Shown here: piece after piece, positions 12,501-32,260 of the stretch
Layout: every line of letters starts with the position of its first letter
Numbering within the stretch: position 1 is the stretch's first letter
Source: Ophelia neglecta
Taxonomy: Eukaryota
Direction: 5' to 3'
Assembly: GCA_965285935.1 (NCBI GenBank)
Contig: OZ260661.1
Coordinates: 109,058,001 to 109,122,000 of the forward strand
Length of the DNA stretch: 64,000 nt
Translations under genes and position numbers: made by a program
The notes under the pieces: model-generated
What the model saw: the letters and a program-made list of their open reading frames with translations, nothing else
The model's database searches: none
What the model was told of the DNA's origin: nothing

Positions 12501-15500
12501 TGGGGAAGGAAAATTACCTCACTTCAGGGTTAGGATAAATGGCTTAAACATGAAAAGAGTAAATTGTGCACAAACAAACAAGTTAGAAGATAGTCAAAGA
12601 ATTATAGGCCAGTTGCAGAACTGTATGCTTACACTATCTAAATTTCAATAAAAAAGGTATGTTCTTTCAATCTTTATATTCAATTTAGTTTAATTCAATT
12701 TGGGGAAATTGCCATTTCCCAACTGGCTTGAAAGCCCATAAAATTTGTGACATGTCACACTTTCCTCTGGTAATGAGCTTTGAGTTCACCCATTTAAATG
12801 TCTAGCTTACCGGGGCGGGGGGGGGGGGGGGGGGGGGGACCCCTGTTACTTGAATTGAAGAGTTGGCAATATATCAATGTCAGCAGTATCAATGTCAGCC
12901 CTTATTTTAACAGCCCTATTGAAGATGGTCAATTTTAATGGCCATATTGGCATTAAGGAGACTAATATTGGGTTTTACCTTTTTTCTAATAAACTATTAC
13001 AAAAAATAACATGCAAATTTAGAGCGGACAAGAAGATTGCACATAGGTCAATATATATTTAACCCAGATTTGCCTGAAGGGCAAGCAGACACTGGTCAGG
13101 GCCAGCTCAGAGGACAGGGATGTCTATACAACCTATACATTAGGACACTGCTCAACCCCTGGGATAAAATCTGACTTACCAACAAAATGGCCTGATTCTG
13201 AGTATTGGTTGTGCTTAACTCCAATGCCTGTAACTGTCTTATCGATATAGTCAAACACCCCTTTCATAGATGACTCCTGCCTTGGAAGGCTCTGAACTGC
13301 TTCTCTGACCTTCACCACCACAGCAGGCTTGTCCAACAGGTGACTCAGACAAAGAATTTTGTCAGGCAGTACCAATCTTGGGGAGTCTGCAAAACCAAAT
13401 ATTCAATTGCTCTTAAAAAAGTGTAAATAGTTTGTAAAAAAAAGGGGGGGGGGGAGGCTCCAAATTCATAGCAGTTTAGAATAAAGTACCAAGGGGATAC
13501 TCTTCTTCAAAACGTCTGTTTTACCATTTCCCTTGTTATGATTCCTGTTCTTTTTATCAATAGCTATGGTACAAGGCCATTTACCTTCAGAGGACTCTGT
13601 GTTATGGTACTTGCTGATAAGATTAATGATCTTCTTAGGAACTGTCACTTGTAGATAGTCTAGTCCAAGAGCTAGGTCCACCAGGCTTTCTGTGAAAGCA
13701 ACAAACAATATTAGTTACATTGAAATAAAAAACTACCTGTAACTTTCATTGTAAAAAACTACCTGTACACATTTTCAGGCAATAAACATACTGGATCTAA
13801 TTATATCACAAACCAACACCAGTGTATTAAGGACATTCATCTCTCCTCAGAAATTCACCTCAAAAAAAGCGTAGAAAAAGCTTATGATGTCATTTAAAAT
13901 GATGCCATCTAAACGATTGCTAGGAAATTTCAGGAAGAGCTTCCAGGGACAGTACATTGTCTTCAAAATTTCTTGTGAATAAGGGTCATTGATACACATC
14001 TAGCTTGGTACACTATATTTTATATATTAATATATATTACAGTTTCTTATCTCTTTCATTGCCAATATTTATAAAATGTATACAAAAAACATTGCAGCTA
14101 GCGATTTTAAATTTCCCTATTTCTATACTGGTGCCTGCAGTGCACAAGTAAAATGTGCCCCAGTGATTATTCTGAGAGTGAACTAGTTTGTTTTCCTACC
14201 GGTATTTCTCTGGTCCAATGGCAGTTTAGCAATATGCTCCGCCAGTGCCAACAATGTCTCCTTTTTCTGTACATCATGCCTAGCATCAGATAGATAGCAT
14301 ATCAAGTCCCCTCCAGTGTCCAAGCCCATCCCCTCCACATTATCAGCCAATTCTGCAAATACTGTGTCCAGCAATCGTCTACTTATATGTCCTTGTATTC
14401 GAAGATGCTTAGCGAGAAATACTTTATCATCAAATGTCCATTTGCTATCTTTCTTGCATGCACTCTCTGCGATAGAAGCAATCATTTCTTGTGCGTAGAT
14501 ATGTAGAGCAGTGCAAGCATCAAGGAAAGCCTTTGCATCTGCCACCTCCATTTTATCAACTCTTAATGAAATATACTCAAGACAGATATGCTCTAGTTCG
14601 AGATCCCGGTGGTTGTTGACAGCCAAAGCATTGAGAAGAGATACAGCTGTACCCATCTTTAGTTCCTGGCTATCACTTGCTGTGCTACGTAACAGTGCCT
14701 GCTTAAAATCATCTTTCATGTGTGCACCTAATGTTTCAAACAGGACAATTTTTCGCCACAGATCAAGGCTACGTAGATCTTTCACTTGGAAGTGCTTCGC
14801 AAGGATTTTCAATCCTTCCCTCAATATTTTGATGGCATCAGATGTTTTCAATGTATGGACACTGTGAGATAACAAGGCTATTTCATCCAACTGCAAGTCA
14901 TTGATAAAATTCATGGCAAGTTGTAGATAAGTCTTAACAGCAGGGCTGTTAGTTTTGACTCCAAAAAAGGTCAGATATGACAACATATCCAGAGCTGTAT
15001 CTGGATCTAAACTGGGAGCCTGGCGAGTAACCATGGCACAGAGAATCTACAGGAAAAACAATTATACAAAGATAATTTATTGGGCAAATATATACTTAAA
15101 TACTTTTGCATATTGGTACATTAAAGCTTCATAAAACTAAGGTAAAAATGGATTTGTTCATACACATACTCTAAAGTTCAATAATTTTTAAACTTAAAAG
15201 TACTTGCCTGGAACTGTTCGTTTTTAGGGAGATGGGCCATAATCAAACCAAATTCTTCTTTATCCATTTTCTTGCACACAAAATAAAGGCGCCTAAATGC
15301 CAAAGGAATGGCATTGTCAATCGCATTCAACATTGTGTAGCTGTTTCCCACCATGCTAAGGATCTTGAAATAATAAAGACAAACATAGTTTTCATATGAT
15401 ATTACACATCTAACATTCTGTTTTAATATCAGCTCATTTTGCTGTGTGATTAATATACAACCATTAGATCTGAAGAACAAATTTAAGTCTACAATATATG

Positions 15501-16420
15501 GTGTGGATCTTTGGTGAAGCCTGAACTTTTCCCAAAATAAAATGCTGTAAATGTTAACTTGTTTTTTTTTTGAAAACTTTATTGTGTTTTTATGTTGCAA
15601 CACCACATCCAATTCTCACTGTATGGGCTCTATTTGCTGCAACTTATTAATTAACCTTTTAGTCAAGAGAAAAAATTGTGATAGACAAAATAAATTTCTG
15701 CTATAATGGTTCTTATGTTAACAGCTAAAAAGAGTGCTGGCTAACTCTACAATCTGTATCGATTTGCTTAATAGACAGGAGTTGAAGAAAAGGCTGCTTT
15801 ATATCAATTTTCACTTTTGAAGTAGCAAAGTAATCAGGGCCTGACACAAGTGAATGACTGGAAAGAAAAAATTGGAAGTGTGGCAAGCGACTTCCAGGTT
15901 CATTCCCATGAGACCTTTGTCTGCAAGGCTCAGATTTTAAGCTTCGGACAAGTAGTTTTTAAAGTACTGTCAAGCTCTGCAGTTGACTTACCTGTTCATG
16001 ATTCATACAGCGTATCTGTGTGTACAGCTGATCAACAGGCAGTGTGATATGTTCACCATCAATAAGCACTGTAAGCTCATCACTACGAGTCTGGGCGTTC
16101 TTCATCAACTTCACTGTGTTATCTTTAACATAATGTGGATCATGCTCCTTTGTGTCCTCTGCTGGACTTTCACTGATAGTAGTAACTCCTGACATAATAT
16201 CTTTCATTCTACCCATATTTCGCCTGCAGATATGGACAGGAGTGATTCCACTTTTTCTCACTCCCTGCTGTAACATGGAGAAAGGTCTTCTTGATCTTAT
16301 TTCACCAGCTGTAGGTGTATTTGATGTTAAGCAGGAAGCCTGAAATCTGGTTGCCCTGAGGCCTAAAACCGATCTCACTGCCCAGTGCTTAAACATCTGC
16401 TTCCCCAGAAGTCGAGACAT
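9585..16420 (-). CDS. FAST kinase domain-containing (FASTK family, RAP domain) mitochondrial protein, 674 aa
   Basis: Phase-consistent exons: 16420-15992, 15363-15208, 15046-14200, 13689-13585, 13386-13180, 12239-12197, 10149-10035, 9707-9585 (2025 nt). The Arg/Ser/Leu-rich, acid-free N-terminus resembles a mitochondrial presequence. It is followed by a Leu-rich helical region and a C-terminal RAP-like region GHFVDHMVEL...KIAVLIFPENSFTRNTGQL...VVFNAKNWARIEERDRLEYLLQKL. The paralogue (FASTKD1/2/4) cannot be assigned by eye. Confidence 0.82.
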
Positions 16421-16543
16421 GACTGAGGAAGATGACTGTCAGAAGATAATCGTGGACTATGGTTTATCTGAAAATTAAAAACAACACACATGTTGGATAA
16501 ATATTTATAAAATGTAACATGTAAGCTTTATTCTGCACATATG

Positions 16544-17336
16544 CAGTGATTTTGCTGGGTTCAGAATTTGTCAGTACATTTGTCCTGAATTGTCCAAAAA
16601 AATCAGGACAGTCTGCATATTTTCAGGACACTTTTATGGCACACAAAAAAGATTAAAAAAACACCTCATAACTTATTTTAATTTGATGAAATACAATGAA
16701 TTTTTTATATGGATATGAAGATATACAATACATGCATATATATGGCAGTAATAATGGAGCTTGAGGGAGTGATGGTGGGTGAAGTTTATATACAACTATG
16801 TGCTTGGCCGCAAGCAAACAGGTCTGCCAGCTCCCCACACCGTCACAATAATGGTACACACACAAGTGACACACATTAGTGACACTACGTCTGTCCCACC
16901 ACCATTACTTGGTAGTTTGGCTCAGCAATTTTGAACTGCACACGTTGCGTGGAGCATGGGATATTTTCCCGGCAGATGGAAAGTAGGGGGCATCGTATAT
17001 ACTTCTAGCAAACGGCTGCTAGAAAGCAACAGGCTGTCTGATTCGCGAGACTGAACATCAATCAACCAATGGGCGGCGCACTAACAAATACGAGCTCTCT
17101 TCGTTTCGCTGAGGAAATAAAAATGTAAACATCCGCTGGATTTAGCCAGGACAAACTACATAAAATAAACTATAGTTATCTATTTCTACGTGTGTTATAA
17201 ACGAGTTGTATTGATTCTGACAGGTAACCAGGCGGCAAAAGCCATCGGACAAATGTCCGGAAGCTTTTTAAAAGTTTAGGACATTTACCATTTTTGTCGG
17301 CAAATGGCCGATGGCCGACGGTCAGTAAAATCACTG
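16544..17336. mobile_element. hAT-type non-autonomous DNA transposon (MITE), 793 bp
   Basis: TIRs CAGTGATTTTGCTG and CAGTAAAATCACTG. Perfect 8-bp TSD CACATATG at 16536-16543 and 17337-17344. Confidence 0.9.
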
Positions 17337-17919
17337 CACATATGCACAGAGACTACTTACTTGGGGGGAAATAACCAACTTCTGTGCAGAATTTGGCAAC
17401 TTTCTGCACAGAATTAAACTATGTGCAAAATTACCCAACTTTACCCTTCAATGTGTTCTATTTCTCTTATCATGATACACATTTATATGATATTGTCATA
17501 TCTGTAAATCATCAGGAGGTTTTCTTGGCTTGCATGAATGACAGCAGGATTGCTAAGTTCTGTCAATGGCATTGAGGGGGTTGGGCTTTCTTTGAGCATG
17601 TGGTGAAATTGTGAGGTTTGCTCTGAAAGCATATGTGGCTTAGAAGATGGAGTCCACAAAAATACATGCAATTTGTTCTAAACATGCTCACAAAAATTAA
17701 ATATAATCAGTAATTTCCAAAAGTGCGGGGAGTTTTCTGATAGCAGAAGAGGTGGGGGGATAGGCCTATTCTGGGGATCCCCTAAAAATCAGGGGGACTT
17801 GGCATGAAAGAAAGTCCGAGACACTAAATTCAAGTAAAACAAAATTTGATAAACTCATCAAAACTACAAACTCGAAGCTGACAATATGTATAAATGAGGA
17901 ACAAATCAGTATGTACAAA

Positions 17920-18494
17920 TATATGCCTGGCCGCAAGCAAACACTTCTGCCAGCTCCTCACACTGTCACAATACTGGTACACACACATTAGTGACACACA
18001 CTACCCGTCTCCCACTACCATAACCTAGGTAGTTTGGCTCAGCAATTTGGTTCCTTTAAGATTCACTTGACAGACAGAAATGCACAGGCTGCGCAGAGCA
18101 TGAGAGATTTTCCCGGCAGATGGAAAGTAGGGGGCATCGTATAAATCTTTATTAGAGGGCGACTTCTAGCAAGCAGCTGCTAGCGAGCAACAGGCTCTCT
18201 GATTCGCAAGACTGAGCATCACTCAACCAATGAGCGGCGCTTTAACAAATATGAGCTCTCTTCTTTTCCCTGAGGAAATAAAAATTTAAATAACATCCGA
18301 TGGATTTAGCCAGGACAGACTACATATAATAAACTATAGTATTTCTACGTGCGTAATAAACGAGATGTTTTGTTCTGAAAGGTGACCAGGCGGCAAAAGC
18401 CATCGGAAAAATGTCCGGAAGATTTTTAAAAGTTTAGGACATTTACTATTTTTGCAGGCAAATGGCCAATGGCCGACGGTCAGCAAAATCACTG
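17920..18494. mobile_element. Second, left-truncated copy of the same hAT-type MITE
   Basis: Direct, diverged copy of about 16797-17336, ending in CAGCAAAATCACTG. No left TIR seen. Confidence 0.85.
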
Positions 18495-19367
18495 CAACTC
18501 CCCTCTATATAGGGAAGATGGATGGCTAAATCAAGTGCTGAATGATCTGCAAAAATTGGAAATTAATATACTAGAAAAGACAAATGAGACAAAAGATGCC
18601 ATGCTTAAAAAAGCAATAAAAAGGAATGGATAATGCTAGGGAGGACGCACAAAATAAAAATAATCATAGATAAAACAATGTGTCCCAAGACAAGAAACAA
18701 AAATGTAAATTAACTGGTAAAGCCAAAATAGAAAAAATAGCAAAGTGATAAAGATAAGAAAGATGAGGATAGGGGAAGCATTAACTTGAATAAATAAACC
18801 CAAATAAATCATAAAAAGGACTAGAAAGAAGGGAAATTTCCTTAGAATAGTTGAGTGACAGCCTAAACCATTAAGAACAGGAAGCGATGAACGACAAGAC
18901 AACCTATGCATAAAACAATATGACCAAAAGAATAAGTAGAACCGGCAAACTAGATGACTAAAAATGGGGTAACCCTGCTAAAATGAAAATGATAAAATGG
19001 ATCCAATCATAGAATCCAGAACTGTAAGATAAGGGTGTGCCTGATCACCTGATCAGGGTTGGGATCTGAAACGAGGGGCGTCCTAAACACAGAAAATAAT
19101 TAGACCAACCTGGCGAAAGCGGCGGTGTTCCTAGGGGGAATCTGCCCCCCCCCCCCTTCCAACCCTTTGAGAAGTGCGCTGACAAAAAAAAAATGGCAAC
19201 CGGGAAAGCCTTGAAAGCGTAATCGTTGGTAAATAAGGCGTTGACAATCGTCCGATCCCACCGAAGTAGTTGTTAAATGTACTATTGATAATGCCTGTAT
19301 GAGTTTATATTCACACACATCTAGCAGAAAACAGATATCACGAAATATAAAAACATTTGCAGCTTAC

Positions 19368-19440
19368 TAATTTCAATGACAGTTCGCCGCCATCTTAGAT
19401 TGAGTTACCGGATGTAGCTGAGTGCAACACAAATAAGTGT
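19368..19440 (-). promoter_or_regulatory. Probable TSS and non-coding first exon of the FASTK-family gene, with a YY1-type motif
   Basis: The minus strand reads AAGATGGCGGCG (YY1-like) and then a donor TTA|gtaagc at 19368/19367. A matching acceptor ttttaattttcag precedes 16467, upstream of the ATG at 16420. Confidence 0.55.
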
Positions 19441-19603
19441 TCGTGGCGAGCATTAACTACTTAAGGCCAGTGAACACTCCTGTCCTTAGTAGTACTAAAG
19501 GATACTGTCAATAATCACCAGAGTTATCCGGACCAGTCTCCTAAAAAGTATATAAGCAAAATTATTAAGTTTATAAAATCAATGTTTAACTTTTCATATG
19601 GAC

Positions 19604-19793
19604 ACTATTCATTTTTGCAGTAAATACAAATACAAAAATATAAAATAATATGGTGATAGAGATATTTGGGCTAGACCAAAGTCTGCAATGACAAGTATGA
19701 TATAGTGAAAATATCGTCCTTGTCATTGCAGATATCTCTATCACCATAGTATTTTATATTTTTGTATTTGTATTTACTGCACAAATGAGTAGT
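19604..19793. repeat. Long fold-back inverted repeat
   Basis: Outer arms of about 62 bp (19604-19665 vs 19732-19793) with few mismatches, plus an inner 14-bp perfect stem TCTGCAATGACAAG / CTTGTCATTGCAGA. Confidence 0.9.
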
Positions 19794-20208
19794 CAACATT
19801 GTCACTGAGTTCATCATTAATTCTGGACTATTGTGAATTGCAGTAAACAAAATCAAAAATCTACCTGGTACTGCTTCTGAATTTGTAGCCTAGACCATAA
19901 TTTATTATGCAGAACATAAAATTTTCTGCAAATATAAATTGCAGCAAATTTTAAAACTAATAATTTGCAGATCTTCTAAAACTACAATATGAGTGAAAGC
20001 ACTTGATGATTTACAGTATTCCTAACTGTCTAGAGCCCAGGCTGTCTTTGACATCTGAACATTTTCATTACTCATAAATTTTGCTGATTTGCAACATATT
20101 GTAGAAGTGGAGACCTTTTACGAGAAATAATATTTGCTAGCTTCAAAAATCTTAAATTTTGCAAGAAATATTTCAAACAAAAAAATGTTCCCTGGTGCTT
20201 TACTAGTA

Positions 20209-21702
20209 AAGTGAAACCCATGAAATAAGACCATCCCAGGGACAGGCAAATTATGGTCTGATTTCAGAGGTGGTCTGTTTGGACATTCAAGTTATTATAT
20301 CCGCGAAATGCGGATATTATGTTTTTAGTAGCGCCGCCGCCGCCGCCGATTTTAGTCGTTAACGCGATAACTCAAAAACCATATCGTACATCTTTTTTAA
20401 ATTCAACACAGCCATAGACCTTATTGAGAGGAGGAACTGATTAGATTCTGGTGAAAATCCAATAATTATTAATTAGTTAAAACAATTAATTAATAACGTC
20501 AGAAAAGCATTTTCTGCAATAACACAAAAAATATTTGATACATTTTTTTATAATTTGACACAGCCATAGACCTTATTGAGAGGAAGACCTTTATTTATTC
20601 TGGTGAATTTTTGATAATTATTAATTAGTTAAAATAATTAAATAATTATGTCAAAAACACATTTTCGATCATATATTCCAAAGTATAGATGATATTGGCT
20701 TGAAGTTTTGTGTCATGATTCATGTAATAACTATATACAATCTGTGTAATAAGTTAACTACATGTAGTTAACTTTATTAATGACCTGAAAATAATTAGTT
20801 AAGGTGGTTTTGCATTATTCTTGAGGTCATATGGAACCAACTTTATAAATGACCTGCCTTATTATTGAGGTTATATAGAAGCTACTACAATCTGTGTAAC
20901 AAGTTACTGTGTAATATGTTAACTAGTTAACTTTATTAATGACCTGAAAAAAAATTAGTTAAGGCAGTTTTTCATTATTATTGAGGTCATATGGAACCAA
21001 CTTTATAAATGACCTGCCTTATTATTGAGGTTATATAGAAGCTACTACAATCTTTGTAACAAGTAACTGTGGAATATGTTAACTAGTTAACTTTATTAAT
21101 GGCCTGAAAAAAAATAAGTTAAGGCACTTTTTCATTATTATTGAGGTCATATGGAACCTACTACAATGTGCGTAATAAGTTAACTAGTTAACTTTATTAA
21201 TGACCTGAAAAAAATTTAGTTTAGGTAGTTTTGCATTATTATTGAGGTGTTATGGAACCTACTAATAAGTTCACTAGTTCACTTTATTAATGACCTGAAA
21301 AAAATTAGTTAGGGTCGTTTTGCATTATTATTGAGGTCATATGACACCAACTTTAAGAATGACCTGCATTATTATTGAGGTCATATAGAACCTACTAAAA
21401 TATGTGTAATAAGTTAACTAGTACTGTGTAATAAGTTAACTAGTTTATTAAGGACCTGAACAAAAATTAGTTAAGGTCGTTATCTTTTGTGCCAAATAAA
21501 AACTAACATATTCACTAGCTCGCCTTATGCCATGTTCCCCATTCGATTATTGCACCCATTCGCGGATATACCCCTTGCTGTCGGCCCCCCGACAGCGTTG
21601 GCCTAGTTTTACATTGAAAGTATACAATATTTTCTTTATATGAGTGGTGTGAATTGACTGGTGGTCTTGATAAAGAGGTGGTCTTTGAGGCAGGGTTCAC
21701 TG
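20209..21702. mobile_element. Tc1/mariner-type MITE split by the HINE insertion (pieces about 20209-20291 and 21609-21702)
   Basis: Ends AGTGAAACCC... and ...GAGGTGGTCTTTGAGGCAGGGTTCACTG. The right end is nearly the reverse complement of the left end of the intact MITE at 54199. Confidence 0.7.
20292..21608 (+). mobile_element. Helentron-associated non-autonomous element (HINE, DINE-1/pearl-like) with internal tandem array
   Basis: 5' subterminal IR TATATCCGCGAAATG, (CCG)n microsatellite, AT-rich tandem units (ATTATTGAGGTCATATGGAACC, GTTAACTAGTTAAC), 3' subterminal IR CATTCGCGGATATA, stem-loop GCTGTCGG-ccc-CCGACAGC, and a CTAGTT end. Inserted at T residues without a TSD. Confidence 0.8.
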
Positions 21703-21842
21703 TCTTACTTATAGTTCTAATCCCAAATTAAAATCACTCAAATTGTGCATAGATTTAATTTAAATTCATGGTAAAACCCTAATTTTGTTAAAAAATATTC
21801 AGTTTTGTATTCCTAGCACTTAAATTATAACTTTCCTGTAGG

Positions 21843-22939
21843 TTGTTGTTGTTTGGGGTTTTACGTGGCTTTCAACACTTATCGGTCATATCGCCACTGT
21901 GCCTACAGGGTGAGAAATAAGAACAAAATTTCTACTGGCCCACAGGGCCAGTAACTTTCAAAATCAGCAGGCCCTGCTCAAATTCAGCAGGCCCTGAAAA
22001 AATGACATGCTGTGGGAGGGGGGGGGGCACATGCTTATTTCTTTCCCTGTACGCGGTACATAACCCGCCAAAAATCGATCCATGTTGATAGACCGTTAGA
22101 TGCGTAGTACGGAATAGTTTCACTGGAAGTTGCTCCAGTGACATATGCACAAGCTCGAAGCACTTTATTCAAAGCCGATTAACGCAAGTGCTGCGCCTTG
22201 AAACAACACAACAAGAAGAATGTCTAAGACCCGCAAGAAGTTATATTTACGTGTTGCAACATTTTATTTCATATATAATCCGGATTAAATATTTAACATC
22301 AGGTTGGTTGAGTTCAATCGCGGCGAATTCCGATGCAAGCTATAGAGCCGGGAAGCGAAATGTACGGTACGGTACGTACAATTGGACAAAATGGACTAGA
22401 TGCAGTCAATGGCGTAGCCTGTTACAATGCGTTATGCGCAGAGCGGTGCGCGCATAATCAATATGTAAATAGTAGGACGATAATACATTGACCTGTTGAC
22501 AGCACTTCGACAATGCTCATTTCTTTAATGTTCTAGCTGTACATACATAAAGTATTATAAGTGGAGCCAAATTTGAACTGGCCCGCCGTGCCAGCTGGGT
22601 AGAGTTTCAATTGGCCCGCCGCTAAAACGATAGGCCCCGGGCCTACGGGCACATGCTTATTTCTTTCCCTGGCCTACTTGTGACAGGTGGCTCAATGCCC
22701 TCTTTATAGTGCTGCCTCACTGAAGTACCTGCCGTAGACACCATACAGGAAACCCCACCCAGTCACATTATACTGACACCGGGTTGACCAGTCCTGATTC
22801 TACCCCCGAAATACCGGGCGTCTGGCAAGGGAGCTATCAGTACCTATTTTTAAGTCTTAGGTTTGACGCGATCGAGGTTCGAACCCCGATCTCCCACTTG
22901 CGAGGCAGACACCCTAACCACTTGGCCACGCTTTGGTGG
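21843..22939 (-). mobile_element. tRNA-derived SINE with Meta/MESC-type central domain, interrupted by a DNA transposon
   Basis: Minus strand has A box TGGCCAAGTGG, B box GGTTCGAACC, central GGACTGGTCAACCCGGTGTCAGTATAATGTGACTGGGTGGGG and an (AAC)n tail. Perfect 15-bp TSD TAACTTTCCTGTAGG at 21828-21842 and 22940-22954. Confidence 0.9.
21906..22671. mobile_element. Non-autonomous TIR element (CAGGG termini, 5-bp TSD; hAT5-like) inserted in the SINE
   Basis: Left TIR CAGGGTGAGAAATAAG and right TIR CTTATTTCTTTCCCTG. TSD GCCTA at 21901-21905 and 22672-22676. An extra internal right end lies at about 22026-22049. Confidence 0.75.
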
Positions 22940-24681
22940 TAACTTTCCTGTAGGAAACCCAGAAAACAAACCTGAGAAAAAAACTTGAGATTTGACATTA
23001 CCAGTTTATTTACAACCTACAAACATAGAACATCGAACACATTTGGATCATGGAACACTGGGTGGATGTCTTCATCACAATAATACATGTTATATGCTCT
23101 AGATAACAAACAGTACACATTTTAACACATAGTTGGAAACTTTACAGTTTTGTAGGTTTCCCTTCCACTGCACATTTCCTTAGACAGAAGGGGAGGGGGG
23201 GGGGCTATTTTGCTTATATATAGACAGAGGGAGAGGGGAGGTTTTCTCTATAATTCTACCCTTCAGCTTTAAAATTTGTGGCACGTGTAGAAAAAGGCAT
23301 GGCTGGAATTTAGCACCTGCCCATCTACCCTTGTTTGGTAGGTGTTTTGGGCTGAATATGGAATTTTTAAAACGGCACATTGGATCTATTATGCATCTTA
23401 TGCATGTTGGCTCTGGTAGGCTGTTGAAAAAACCTTAGTTTCCACATCAGCCTTTTGGTGGGAGGGGTAACCCCCTCCCCACACTTCCCCCTCTTCTAGT
23501 TTTCTTATTTTTCATGTGTTGACAGTGTTGATGCTAGAGTTATAAAATGAAATGTACAGAACCCATAAATAAACATATAAAGCAAATCAGCTTTAACAAA
23601 CAATACACAAAAGAATGTTCTAAAATGTATATCAAAATATTAAAATACAATATTACTTAGCAAAATAAAAAATCATTTCTCTGATAAAAGGAAAATGATA
23701 CATGTTTTACATGCATGCTCAAAATAACCTGGATCCGGATCTTAAATCCCACGATAAAACAATATATCATAAATATATAACATAGGGGAACAACGGGAAG
23801 AACAAGAGAACACATAAGGTGGTTACACATAGCCAGTTTTTTTAGCAACATTTCTGTTCCTGCACCACATGATAGTGCGCAGGAGAACTCTATGTTTAAT
23901 TGACATTTGACATGTTTATTTCATTTAGCAGCAATCCAGTGCAATGCACCTTCTTTTTACAAACTTCTCCTTCATTAATATGTTCTTTTTTACAACTGTG
24001 CCTTTTAGCCCTATTGTACATTACCTTAGCATCATGGGTTGACCTACAGAATGAAAATAAATGTCCGTCCCCTCCCCCCACCAGTTACAAAATGAAACTG
24101 CCCTTAATTAATTTGGGGGATTCTGATTAACTACAATTTGGCACATTTAATTTTGATGGATATGCTAAAATTTCATGATGATTTTTATATGTATAAACTA
24201 CAATAATCTTTAGTTTGGCGCAGAAAATGTAGCCGGTTTCATGTCAAATGCCAAATCCACCAACTTTTCCTGGCCAACAACATGCAATTTACAGTACATG
24301 TTATATACACAAAACTAGTCATCTGTATTCATATATAACTGAGACATGAAAACTAATGAAAAGGTAACTGTTATATCAATAAATGCAGAGATAAATACCT
24401 TGTCTTGGTTCCACTTTGTTCCCTTTCCCTTTATCCATAAATGAGAGCATTAAAAGTGTAAACAAATATTTAAAAATAAAACAGCTACTTAAAATCTGGA
24501 TTATACAACAATATCAACTAGTGACACTTATTTACTAGTTTCAAACAAATCAAAGTTCAGCTGAGGTTTTTCTCTTAATTGCTTTTGTTTTCAGGAACAT
24601 AAATAGATGTTAGGTATTAAAATGGGGGTCTGTCCAGCTCCTCCCTTTAAGGTCTTTCTTTCCTTTTTCTTTCTTTTCCTT

Positions 24682-32078
<7,397 letters not shown>

Positions 32079-32179
32079 ATCTTTTAGCAAACTTGGAATG
32101 AAACAGGCTTCTTTAATTCCACATTTCGTTGTAGGGATATAAGTTTTACGTCAAAACATTAAAATGCCAAAGCAAAACA

Positions 32180-32260
32180 ACGAAGTAAACTTTCCCGGTC
32201 ATTCATTCACGTGGTACGATTGCGGCTAGTTGATTGGTCAATGACGGGTATGCCATATCC
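32180..32260 (-). promoter_or_regulatory. Putative CDK2 proximal promoter
   Basis: About 110-160 bp upstream of the ATG: E2F-like TTTCCCGG (32191), E-box CACGTG (32208-32213) and CCAAT box (ATTGG, 32233-32237). This combination is typical of cell-cycle gene promoters. Confidence 0.45.

Noticed and set aside
14316-14867. Plus-strand ORFs (also 43809-45100, 53094-53474 and the minus ORFs at 37338 and 39980)
   Set aside because: These are antisense shadows of real coding exons, with no independent splice or homology support.
16797-18494. LTR pair of a retrotransposon
   Set aside because: The direct repeats are two copies of a hAT-type MITE (TIRs and an 8-bp TSD on the first). No TG..CA ends, PBS or gag/pol sequence were seen.
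18520-19000. Possible Penelope-like retroelement remnant (purine-rich strand, EALT..IIKRTRKKGN resembling IIKxADKG)
   Set aside because: Too decayed, with multiple stops, to support without a profile search.
22865-22939. Functional tRNA gene
   Set aside because: The A and B boxes form the head of a SINE with body, tail and 15-bp TSD. No convincing acceptor stem is present.
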